Assembly: GCA_963804995.1 (NCBI GenBank)
Contig: CAWDSK010000002.1
Location: forward strand, 352,001-416,000
DNA length: 64,000 bases
Reading direction: 5' to 3'
DNA from: an uncultured Acidobacteriota bacterium
GTDB taxonomy: Bacteria > Acidobacteriota > Terriglobia > UBA7540
Shown: positions 18,675-28,293 of the stretch, in pieces
Layout of the letters: each line of letters opens with the position of its first letter
How positions within the stretch are numbered: the first letter of the stretch is position 1
Notes under the pieces: generated by a model
Database searches by the model: none
What the model was told of the DNA's origin: nothing
What the model saw: only the letters and a program-made list of their open reading frames with translations
Position numbers and translations under genes: made by a program

Positions 18675-19857
18675 TCAAGCACCCCGGTAGAAGGTGACAG
18701 GGTCATCCAAGTCCCACTCGGTCGTGGCGCGAAGTCGCTTCAGGAGATCGCGCTGTCCATTTTCGTCCAGGTACGGATCTTTCATGACCGCTCCCATAAG
18801 CGCGATGGAACCCGGCATTTTGGGGGTCAGCCGGGTGGTGGGAGGCTCCTTCTCATGGCCTTTCCATTCTGTTCCGGCGAAATACCGCCAGTCATAGGAA
18901 TAGGCCTTCTTCCCGCGGTCGGCGGCGAGCCGCGCCCAGCGGTAGGCATGGGCCGTCCTCTGTTCGATAGAGAGCGGGGAAGGTTTTCCATCAGGAAACA
19001 AAATCGTCCGCGAGAGATGCGTGAAGGGTTGAAAGCGCGGGTCTGCGTCCAACCATGCCGTGAATGACGCTTCATCGTCGGTGTTCCAACCGAAGATGTA
19101 ATGAATCGGTTTGGCCAAACCTTCGAGACCGGCCGCCATGGCTTCGGAGGTTGCCTTGCCCCCCGTGTCATTCATGTGCAGCATGACCTCGACATCAGGC
19201 TTGATCTTTTTAAGCTGCTCGGTCACGAAATTCACCATGAAGGTATCCAACTGGAAGCGGTTGAGGGCCCGGCACTGATCGCAGATGCAGTTCTGGGAAG
19301 TCTCCGGGGGCGGCTCGAACACGATTCCATCCATCTGGGGCTTCGAGCCTTTTGGCCAGCGTCTTGGCCACCCAGGCTCGTGTCTCGGGATCGTGCGGGC
19401 AAAGCGCCACCTTCGTTCCTTGGGCGCTCATCCGCAGCAAATGAGCAGGTGCGTTGGGCTCTGCCATTTTGGTTTCGGGTTCCCCGCTGGCGAAGACATA
19501 ACAGGCTCTCGCCACTCGGAACCCAAGGGAATGCGCGTAGGTGGAGGCTTTTGCCCAGGCGTCCTCAAATTCCGGAGCGTTCGTCCAAAATACAATAAGC
19601 CAGTTCAAACCCGCTTCGTGTACGTGGTCAAGATAGCGGTAGTTGACTGAAATGTCCTGGGGGCGAGTGGACCAGCCCTGGCGCTTGAAAATGTTCCAAC
19701 CGGTATCCTGCGAGGTCCGAACCTCAAATCCTCCTGTAATCTTCTCCGCGCCAGACAAATTCCCGAGCCCCACCAAAGTGGAACCTGCCAAAACCTTCAG
19801 CAGGTTTCTTCGGGACAGCGGAGCCTTGGGTGCCTCGGCTGATAGCTTGGGTTTCAT
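18675..19857 (-). CDS. Tat-exported hypothetical protein, split by a +1 frameshift near 19341
   Basis: SRRNLLK Tat motif; ORFs 19210-19893 and 18675-19334 join (RLEPQMDGIVFEPP) if one base is removed; LCP and CICDQC motifs. Confidence 0.65.
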
Positions 19858-20094
19858 CGCGCGAGCTCCTTCCGTTTGAGGACTGAACCACAAATGCCGT
19901 GCGGCCTGACGGCGAGATCATCGTAAACCGAGGGCTCGTTACCCGCCAGTTAAAAAAGCTCCGAGGTGGCATCGCCTGGAATGAGCAGTGTTTAAATGCA
20001 AGCGGAGGGGGATGGTGGTCAGGGAAGGGAGCCATCGAGCAGCAGCCGGTCGTCGTCGACCAGCAGAACCCGGGGGCGATCGAGTTCGGCCAAG

Positions 20095-21306
20095 TCAGGC
20101 CTCCGCCAAAAGTACATGCACACTTGCCGCCATGACCCGCCAGTCCGAGAGTTGCTGTTCGACACCAAAAGCTACCAACTCCTCCAGGAGGGGGTCGGGG
20201 TGCTTTTCCAAAGGAACGTTGAGGGGTGGCGCTTCCTGTTCGTGCGCCAGGACGTTGGCGGCATAGACGGCTGAAACCGCGTCGAAATTCTGATGCGGCA
20301 CGCGGTTGGGGCCATGGTGAAGGGCTACAGCCTCCACCACAGAGTAAGGTAGTCCCCACAACCCCAGAAGATAGGCCCCAATCTCCGCGTGACCGAACCC
20401 GTACTCACGCTCTTCCACCGTGTAAAGGGGGCAATTTTCCTCTGCAGCTTCACGGAGCTGCTTCGCGAATCGGTCGGGCAGCTTCCAGGCCAGGATGAGC
20501 TTCCCCACGTCATGAAGCATGCCCGCCACCAGGGCAACATCGACCAGGTGTTTGGGAATCGGCAGGCGTGCCGCGACATTGGCGGTGAAGCGCGCATGGC
20601 GTTGCAGTTCCTCCAGGCAGAAACCCGGCACAGGCTTCTTGGGCTTGAATATCCGAAAGATTTCCACGGAAAGGATCAGGCTCTTGAGCGTGTTGATGCC
20701 GACGTAGCTGACGGCACTTTGAATATTGGTGATGGAGCGCGAGACGCCGAAGAATGCGGAGTTGACCAACTGGAGAATCTTGGCGGAGATCCCCACATCC
20801 TGCTCGACGATTTTGGCCACCTTTAGGAGAGAGGTGTCCGGGTCCTCCAAACACTGCGTCAACGCCTCATAGGTGCGGGGGAGGGACGGCAGATCTCCCA
20901 GAGCGCCGACGGTGCTGCGGATGGACTCATCGTGGAGCAGCGCCTTCAGATGGCAGGCCCTCTCGACGGCAACGCGCAGCATTTCAGCGTCACACGGCTT
21001 GGCTAGGAATTGGTGGGCGACGGGAACCACGCGCAAGGCCGTGGAAAGCTCCGTGTGACCGGAAAGTACAATGCGCACCACATGGGGAAACTTCTCGCGC
21101 ACCTGGCAGAGCAAGGCCGCTCCATCCATTCCGGGCATGCGCATATCCGAGATAATTACGTCAAAGGAGGAGGCTTCCATCAAGGCCAGCGCAGCGTCCC
21201 CGTTGGGGGCGAAAGCCATCTCCCAGTCGTGGCGTTGGGGACGCAGCATACGCCGCATGCCCTCCAGATTCCTGGGCTCGTCATCTACAAAAATTAATCG
21301 TCTCAT
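20095..21306 (-). CDS. Response regulator with HDOD domain
   Basis: FVDDE, SDMRMPGMDG, LPSLP, LVNSAFFG, LHDVGKL, HAEIGAYLL.LWGLP. Confidence 0.9.
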   Translation of the reverse strand: MRRLIFVDDEPRNLEGMRRMLRPQRHDWEMAFAPNGDAALALMEASSFDVIISDMRMPGMDGAALLCQVREKFPHVVRIVLSGHTELSTALRVVPVAHQFLAKPCDAEMLRVAVERACHLKALLHDESIRSTVGALGDLPSLPRTYEALTQCLEDPDTSLLKVAKIVEQDVGISAKILQLVNSAFFGVSRSITNIQSAVSYVGINTLKSLILSVEIFRIFKPKKPVPGFCLEELQRHARFTANVAARLPIPKHLVDVALVAGMLHDVGKLILAWKLPDRFAKQLREAAEENCPLYTVEEREYGFGHAEIGAYLLGLWGLPYSVVEAVALHHGPNRVPHQNFDAVSAVYAANVLAHEQEAPPLNVPLEKHPDPLLEELVAFGVEQQLSDWRVMAASVHVLLAEA

Positions 21307-21614
21307 GCCGTCTTCGCCTCCATAGAGCATCCCACCAGGGAGGCCAGAAAGGCCTGCGCTTTCTCCGCCGGAATACGATCTGTCACGTCCTGGCCTGTAT
21401 CCATAACTCAATACGCTGGTTACAAGGTCTTATAGACAATATGGCCTTCCAGTTCGGTCCCGGAGTTCCCGCCTGCGCGGGAGCACAGACCCTTTTCAAG
21501 CTATCTTTCCTTACTATCGGTGTCTTGAGCGAATTCTTGAGGAGAAACTGAGGAAGCAAGCAATGCGTCTTGCCGGCTGCGCCAGCCGCGAGGGTTGTGG
21601 TATGCTCTGCGGAA

Positions 21615-21790
21615 ATGGACGGGAAGAATAAGCTCTACTTTGGCGATAACCTGAAAATTCACCGCGACCACGTCACGGTCTCAAGCGACAACTACAACGT
21701 GCTCTTCAAAAGGAATGTAGCGCAGGGCCCGCACTCCCACCCTGCGTTTTTTCAACTGTTTCCCGCCGCGCAGATCACGGCCTTTGATGC
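21615..21790 (+). pseudogene. N-terminal remnant of a site-specific DNA methyltransferase
   Basis: MDGKNKLYFGDNLKI...NYNVLFK...AQITAFD; the DPPF catalytic segment expected between these is missing; a gtagcgcaggg...ccctgcg hairpin is inserted. Confidence 0.7.
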
Positions 21791-21851
21791 CACAAGAGAG
21801 TCGGACGCGAATTCGTGATAACATCCCTGGAATGCAGATTCGAGGCAAGCA

Positions 21852-22784
21852 GTGACGCGCTACACTCTATATCTCGGCGATTGCCTCTCCTGGATGGAGA
21901 AAAGGGATAGGAACTCCATTCACGCTATTGTCACCGATCCCCCCTACGGACTGAAGGAATACACAACCGTGGAGAAGGAAAAACTTCGAAACGGGAACGG
22001 GGGGGTGTGGCGGATTCCTCCGTCATTTGATGGCTGTAAGCGCGCCCCTTTGCCGCGTTTTACGGTCCTTACCGAGAGTGATCGTGCCAAGCTACAAAGC
22101 TTTTTCTCGGAATTTGCCCGCCGGGCGGTTCGCGTGCTGGTACCGGGCGGGCATTTGTTTGTGGCGACAAATCCCCTGCTGTCACACCTTGTTTATGTGC
22201 CGTTCGTTGAGGCGGGCTTCGAAAAGCGTGGCGAGATCATCCGCCTCGTCAAGACCCTGCGAGGGGGGGACCGCCCGAAGAACGCCCACGGGGAGTTTGC
22301 TCACGTCACGGTGATGCCACGGTCGGGCTGGGAGCCGTGGGGTCTATTCCGCAAGCCGTGTGAAGGTCGAGTTCAGGACAATCTACGCAAATGGAAAACG
22401 GGTGGGCTTCGGCGGGTTTCACCGGAGAGACCCTTCGAGGATATCATTCGCTCAGCGCCCACCCGCGCCGCCGAACGAGCCATTGCTCCGCATCCCTCAT
22501 TGAAACCCCAAGCCTTCATGCGGCAGGTCGTGCGCGCCTCGCTTCCGCTCGGCGTCGGGGTTGTGCTTGACCCGTTCATGGGGGGCGGATCAACCGTCGC
22601 TGCCGCGATGGCAGTGGGCTACGATAGCATCGGAATTGAAAGTGATCCGGTATTTTACCGCATGGCCGAACGGGCCATACCCGATCTCGCGAAACTGAGT
22701 GCCGAAGGTAAGCCTTCCCCTGCTACGTCGGTTCGTCGCGTGCCGCACGATGACCGAGTGCTTTCGTTGCCCTTCCAGGTGTGA
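21852..22784 (+). CDS. N4-cytosine/N6-adenine DNA methyltransferase (beta class)
   Basis: GDCL, TDPPY, HPSLKP, VLDPFMGGGST, IGIE. Confidence 0.9.
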   Translation: MTRYTLYLGDCLSWMEKRDRNSIHAIVTDPPYGLKEYTTVEKEKLRNGNGGVWRIPPSFDGCKRAPLPRFTVLTESDRAKLQSFFSEFARRAVRVLVPGGHLFVATNPLLSHLVYVPFVEAGFEKRGEIIRLVKTLRGGDRPKNAHGEFAHVTVMPRSGWEPWGLFRKPCEGRVQDNLRKWKTGGLRRVSPERPFEDIIRSAPTRAAERAIAPHPSLKPQAFMRQVVRASLPLGVGVVLDPFMGGGSTVAAAMAVGYDSIGIESDPVFYRMAERAIPDLAKLSAEGKPSPATSVRRVPHDDRVLSLPFQV

Positions 22785-22804
22785 GCAGGGGTTAGGAGGA
22801 ACGT

Positions 22805-23416
22805 TTGGGCTTTGATGCAGAAGGGTTCGACAGAGACGTACCGCTTCCCCCTGACTTTAAGGTATCGCACATCCGGAAGGCTATCGAATACATTGAAAGA
22901 GAAGCCACTGAGCTTATTGAGGTCTACTACGAGCAAGCGAATGTGTTTAGTGGCTTGGTGGGAATCTTCGGTGTGCGAGCATTGCATTCGCTGAGCCCTT
23001 ACAAAAAGCATAAACACCCGGATGTGGCGCAGCAACGATTCCCGGATATGTCCCTGGGTGGCAAGCTGAATCCCCCTCCCGAGCAGGCCTTGGAGTCAAA
23101 GGGAACCACCCGTCCCTGGACCTTGCAGTCGCATTATAACCATGCGGGCTGGTATATCGTATGGCGGTATTTGGTCGATCCCGCCAAGATTATCAAGGCC
23201 GGAAAATCAGTGGTTATCTGGAGGGTCGACGTTGCCTTCCTTCATGAGGACGACTGGAAATACGAGGGGAGCAAAGCCGGCGAGGGTTGAGGCGGGCGAA
23301 CCCATACTTTTGGCATTAAACTCCCCGCGAGTCGCTTCGCAGGCGCCATTGTTTACCGCCATCCCAAGATTGTGCTGCGTCAAAGCAAACCAACCCTTGC
23401 CAATGGCGAGGCGTAA
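22805..23416 (+). CDS. Putative Type II restriction endonuclease with an internal TGA at 23288-23290 (possible artefact)
   Basis: AGGAGG RBS plus TTG; FPD...ALESK PD-(D/E)xK-like motif; the frame continues 41 codons after the TGA (GGRTHTFG...); directly follows the MTase. Confidence 0.6.
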
Positions 23417-23474
23417 CCGGCTGCAACCCCAATTGGATTTGACCACCGACGACCCGCACCAAAGAAGATGGTCC

Positions 23475-23702
23475 ATCGGCGCTCCTATGACCCTGCGCCA
23501 AGCCACCAAGCCGATGCTCACGGAAGCCGCCGCCACAGGCTTCTACGAGTCAAAAGACTTTCCGGGCCGCTATCCCCGCCTCCAAATCCTCACCATCGCC
23601 GAATTACTGGCGGGAAAGGAACTCGAATACCCAACCCACCGCGTCGAAACGTTCGCCAAAGCGGAGAGGAAGACGAAACACGAGCAGGAAGACTTGTTCT
23701 GA
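23475..23702 (+). pseudogene. C-terminal remnant of a methyltransferase/Mrr-like fusion protein
   Basis: IGA..TL...TKPM.TEAA..GFY......YPRLQILTIAELLAGK...P, a tail typical of proteins that begin NKLYFGDNL. Confidence 0.7.
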
Positions 23703-23784
23703 CACAACCCAGTGCCGGGCTATAATTCACGACGGTCTTAAACGTAAAATCTGACCTCCGGGTGAGGACCCAGTCAGGACAAGC

Positions 23785-24729
23785 ATGATGCCGGCGAGGG
23801 ACATCCCGAACCCCAAAGAATCGCGTCCACCTCAACTCGCCATGCAGCTTTCCCTGGTGGTCGGCTTCTTCATGCTCGGCGCAAAAGCACTTGCCTATTG
23901 GATGACCGGATCCGCGGCTATCCTTGCCGACGCTGCCGAATCGGTTGTCCACGTGGTGGCGGTTTCCTTTGCCGCCTATAGCCTCGGGTTGAGCCGCAAG
24001 CCTCCTGACCCCACCCATCATTACGGTCATGAAAAGATTGCATTCTTTTCGGCTGGGTTCGAGGGCGCCATGATTGCGCTTGCGGCGTTTTATATCGTCT
24101 ATGAGTCAATTCACAGGTTGGTTGCGGGCCCCAAACTGGAGAACCTGGGGGCAGGCACTTTACTCGTTCTGGTCGCCGGTCTAATCAACGGAGCTCTGGG
24201 CGGCTATGTCGTGTGGGTTGGAAAGAAGCATGGGTCGTTGATCTTAGTGGCCGATGGTAGACACGTTCTCACCGACTGCTTGACCAGTCTCGGTGTCATC
24301 GTGGGACTTGCTTTGACCATCCTTACTGGCTGGCTGCGCTTTGATCCTATCGTTGCGATCCTTGTCGCCCTGAACATCCTTTGGATAGGGAGCAAGTTGA
24401 TTCGCCAATCGATCGGTGGGTTGATGGACGAAGTCGATCCGACGACCCAGGCTCAAATCCAGCGACTGCTCATCGAGATGACATCCGAAGGCGGGGTTGA
24501 GTTTCATGGGTTGCGGCTTCGTAATGCTGGCAATACAACTTGGGTAGAATTCCACCTACTCTTTCCCAAAGACACTTCTTTGGAATCTGCTCATTCGCTG
24601 GCCACGAAAATTGAAGAGAGGATTCAACAAGGTTCGACCATGAGAACCGAAGTGATCAGCCATTTGGAAACACTGGAGGACCACCATGAGGTCCACAGTC
24701 GTGGTCACTTTGAAAAGTTCGACGTATAA
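23785..24729 (+). CDS. Cation diffusion facilitator family transporter
   Basis: S.A.LADA.ES, PPD..H.YGH.K, L.ADG.H..TD. Confidence 0.92.
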   Translation: MMPARDIPNPKESRPPQLAMQLSLVVGFFMLGAKALAYWMTGSAAILADAAESVVHVVAVSFAAYSLGLSRKPPDPTHHYGHEKIAFFSAGFEGAMIALAAFYIVYESIHRLVAGPKLENLGAGTLLVLVAGLINGALGGYVVWVGKKHGSLILVADGRHVLTDCLTSLGVIVGLALTILTGWLRFDPIVAILVALNILWIGSKLIRQSIGGLMDEVDPTTQAQIQRLLIEMTSEGGVEFHGLRLRNAGNTTWVEFHLLFPKDTSLESAHSLATKIEERIQQGSTMRTEVISHLETLEDHHEVHSRGHFEKFDV

Positions 24730-25214
24730 GGTCTGCCGAAATCCAAATCTCCGCGGGCCGGCGCTTGCGTCGGCCTTGGCCGGGGCGAGCCTCGGCCCTA
24801 CAAATCCACGGGACATCCGCCTTGCATGTTAAGTTGAGGTCCTGCCGCGCTACACCCCTGCGTGCAGGGACAATTTCGGACAATCAGTCTCCCCTCCTGT
24901 ACGATTTGGGCTACCGGTAGCCCACGCGTACATCTTCCGCTTGCAATTACCCCTACGATAAATGTTAATCTATATATTAAGCGCTCGAAGGTGCGCGCCA
25001 GGTGCTGGGGGCTGAGGAGAAACAGCAGGCAGAAGGCAGTAGGCAGAAGGCAGCCAGCGCCCTTTGCGAGTCCCGAGTCCCGGATCCCGAACCCCGCCCC
25101 TTGGAGGGTCCCATGTCGCTCGCCAAGAAAGCCATCTTTCACCAATCTGCTGCTGAAAATCAAACACCGAGAGGGCAAAATGGAACCCGTGGAAGCGGGC
25201 GAAGAGGACCTTCT

Positions 25215-25482
25215 AACCCAATATATACTAGAAAACAAAGGAACTTAAGGGTGGGATGGCAGAAATGTCCAAACGCCTATGCATTTGAAATAACACAACT
25301 TAGTTAGATCCGACGGAGTGGGTGCAGGGAAAAAGGGGGAATTAAAAATGAAGGTTGAACCCATTATGTTATTGAAAACACATGTAGAAAAAATTTCAGT
25401 CTCCATTGAACCCATTATATTATTGAAAAATAAGCTAGTTAGTGTTGCTAACCCATTATGTTGATGAAAAGAAAGGGGGTTA
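25215..25482. repeat. AT-rich array of degenerate direct repeats AACCCATTATRTTRWTGAAAA
   Basis: Copies at 25358, 25409 and 25450; weaker ones at 25215 and ~25272. Confidence 0.75.
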
Positions 25483-25573
25483 CGTAAAGAGCAGAGGAAT
25501 CCGCACTCTTTGCCCTTATCGTCGGGCAGGCGCTTGGCGGTCGTGATAGATTGGGTGAGGGGAAATTGGTGAC

Positions 25574-26833
25574 ATGGAGCAACGACACAGTTTCGCATGG
25601 ATGGACCTGCTGTGGCTGGCATTCCTGGCTGGGTTGGCCGTGCTCACGCCCGGTCTGGATATAATCCACAAACAGCTCATCCTGCTCGCCATTGGGGTGT
25701 TCCAAATCTTCGAGTACCGCTTCCTGGGGTGGTTTCCCCAGCGCGGGCGCACTTACAGCGTGATCCTGAAAATCCTGCTGGCGTCAATGCTGGTGGATCA
25801 CACCAATAAAATCAATAGTAGCTACTGGCCGATCTACTTCGTACCTGTGGTCACGGCGGCGATGTACTTCGATCTGTGGGCCACGCTGGCATGGACAGCG
25901 TTGACGTCGGCGGCTTACTGGTCCTTCGTGCTCTGGGAGTTGAGTGCATACGAATTGACGGGGGAAGGCGCCGCCGAACTAGCCCTCCGCAACCTGTTTT
26001 TCTTTCTTGCTGCCATTATCGTCAATCGTTTCGTGACGGAGAATCGCCAGCAAGCGAGGCGCTACCGGGAGCTCGCTGAGACCCTGGCGGAGACCAATCG
26101 CCGGTTGGAACAGGCACAAGACGAGGCGCGGCGCTCCGAGCGGCTGGCGGCGCTGGGTCAGCTTTCGGCGGGTCTGGCGCACGAATTAAGGAATCCGCTG
26201 GCGGTAATCAAAGGCTCGGCGGAAACGCTGACTCGCAAGCTGGCGGCGGCGGACCCAGTGACCATTGAAGTCGCGGGCTATATTTCCAGTGAAGTGAACC
26301 GCATGAACGTCATCGTGACACGCTTTCTGGATTTTGCGCGGCCCCTCAAACTCGACCGGCAACGCGAGCTAATTCCGGCTCTTATCGAGCAGGCGCTTAA
26401 AGCTGCGCACGATCGCTGGCCGGACGCCAAGGTGCAAGTGGAGCGGGGATTCGCGGGCACCCTGCCGGAAATCTCTGTGGACCGCGAATTGATGGAGCAG
26501 GCGTTCACGAACCTGGTGCTCAATGCCTACGAAGCCATGGGCGCCGAGGGCGGCAAGCTGCGGGTGGCCATCAAACCGGCGGAGTCCGAGGGGCGGCGGG
26601 GAGTGGAAATCACTTTCAAAGACACGGGGCCGGGTATCCCTGCCGAACTGTGCGAGCAGATTTTCAATCCCTTCTTTACGACCAAGGAGAGCGGCGTAGG
26701 GTTGGGGCTCTCGATTGTTTCCAAGATCGTAGACGACCACCGCGGGCTGCTTCGCGTTGAGAGCGAGCCCGGTAATGGCGCGTGCTTCACGGTCTTCCTG
26801 CCCGAGGACGAACCTCCAGCGGCGGCCTCGTAA
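25574..26833 (+). CDS. Membrane sensor histidine kinase (NtrB/PilS-like)
   Basis: TM helices; AHELRNPL, NLVLNA, DTGPGI, FNPFFTTK, GVGLGL. Confidence 0.92.
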   Translation: MEQRHSFAWMDLLWLAFLAGLAVLTPGLDIIHKQLILLAIGVFQIFEYRFLGWFPQRGRTYSVILKILLASMLVDHTNKINSSYWPIYFVPVVTAAMYFDLWATLAWTALTSAAYWSFVLWELSAYELTGEGAAELALRNLFFFLAAIIVNRFVTENRQQARRYRELAETLAETNRRLEQAQDEARRSERLAALGQLSAGLAHELRNPLAVIKGSAETLTRKLAAADPVTIEVAGYISSEVNRMNVIVTRFLDFARPLKLDRQRELIPALIEQALKAAHDRWPDAKVQVERGFAGTLPEISVDRELMEQAFTNLVLNAYEAMGAEGGKLRVAIKPAESEGRRGVEITFKDTGPGIPAELCEQIFNPFFTTKESGVGLGLSIVSKIVDDHRGLLRVESEPGNGACFTVFLPEDEPPAAAS

Positions 26834-26872
26834 ATGTGCAGCGATCAAGCGCGGGACCGAAATCCCGACCGT

Positions 26873-27580
26873 CTATTTGGGATGGAATGCCTCGCCACCA
26901 TGGGGCGAGATCTTGGTCAGTTCCGTGATCAGCGGAAGAGCCGCCGTCGGCACCTTCACCGCGCCCTTGAAGAGGATATCTTCAGGGGCCACCTTGCGGC
27001 CGTAAAGCTTCGCGTTGGCGTCGTCATCCTGCTTGAGAATCTGCCCATCCAGAGAGACGCCGGCAAAGGCGCCCCGCGAACGCGAGTAGGTGAGGATCTC
27101 CGCATGAAGTTGCAGGTCCGTAGAACCTTCTGCGCTGCGGCCCACGGGACCACCGGCGGCAGAAGCGTCCGCGCCCAGTTTGGTCTTATCGTGCAGGAGT
27201 TTTTCCGCGCCCCGGGCATTCATGACGAGCAGGACAAAGTCCGTGGCTTGGCCCCCGATCTGGAAACCGACGTTGGCGCCGCCCACCGTGAACATGGAGG
27301 GCGCATCCCAGGGCCCGTTGCCATTGCGCCGGCAGATCAGCGCACCGCGCCCGTAGCTGCCGCCCAGGCCCAGAGCGAGTTTCTTTTCCGAGGGGATGAT
27401 GCCTACGCACACCGACTTTGCAAGCAGGTCTTGCGGAATACCCTTTTCGGGAGTCCTCATGATGTCGGTAAGGACTTCCGCCGAGTTTTCCAGCCGCTCC
27501 GATTCCTTGTCAGCGGCCAGGGCAACGCACAGTGCACCACACCACAGGAGTGAAAAACTTACCGTCAGCACATATCGCAT
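26873..27580 (-). CDS. Lipid-binding SYLF (Ysc84-like) domain protein
   Basis: GFQIGGQATDFVL, AAGGPVGR, YSRSRG.FAG.SLDG; signal peptide. Confidence 0.9.
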   Translation of the reverse strand: MRYVLTVSFSLLWCGALCVALAADKESERLENSAEVLTDIMRTPEKGIPQDLLAKSVCVGIIPSEKKLALGLGGSYGRGALICRRNGNGPWDAPSMFTVGGANVGFQIGGQATDFVLLVMNARGAEKLLHDKTKLGADASAAGGPVGRSAEGSTDLQLHAEILTYSRSRGAFAGVSLDGQILKQDDDANAKLYGRKVAPEDILFKGAVKVPTAALPLITELTKISPHGGEAFHPK

Positions 27581-28033
27581 CGCGAACTCCTCCAGCGAGA
27601 AATGTGGTTGCGCAAGCCCGCAACCAGGGTTTGAGAATTTGAGACCGTGAACACCCTTGAACTTTCTTATTCTGCCACAGACTGGCGCGAGAGAGAAAAA
27701 ATTTGGTCCCTTAAGGGTGGAGGTTCAATTTGATGTAGAGACGGCGGAACGTTTCCCGATCTCATCGGGATGCCGCCATGTGGCGAGATGGACTCGCCCG
27801 TACAGCATCAAGAATACAACACCAGTCGAGCGCCTGAATTCTGACCCATCGCGGAGAGGCTCGTGTGCTAATCTATTAAAGGCTGGCGTAATTCTTGGTC
27901 CGAAATTCCCGTGGCGCGAAGTGGGGTACGGCGCGAAGGACCTGCAGCCCCGGTAACCCGCGCGGCACAGCAGATTGGAAAGGGGATACTTGCTTCGGCT
28001 CTTCCCAGCCAGCTCCAATCAGTTTCTAGGTAC

Positions 28034-28110
<77 letters not shown>

Positions 28111-28293
28111 TCCTTAACCGTGTGAAATCCACATTCCCACCGCTGAATTTCGTTGCGACGAATTCGGGACTCGCGGAAGGCGGAAGAGAGTCGATCGGAT
28201 CATTCTGGAGGGAGAGAAAGGACCGCCAGGGGTTGGTAGTGACAATCGGGTGTATACTTTCGATCGCCCTAAAGCGAATTCTGGTTGGAATAG

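Noticed and set aside
23288..23290. In-frame TGA codons (also 15666) as selenocysteine or stop-codon reassignment
   Set aside because: TGA terminates many ordinary genes here, no SECIS is evident, and both cases are explained by GTCGAG read as GTTGAG
25355..25470. CRISPR array
   Set aside because: Only three good and imperfect repeats, uneven 20-30-bp AT-rich spacers, and no cas genes
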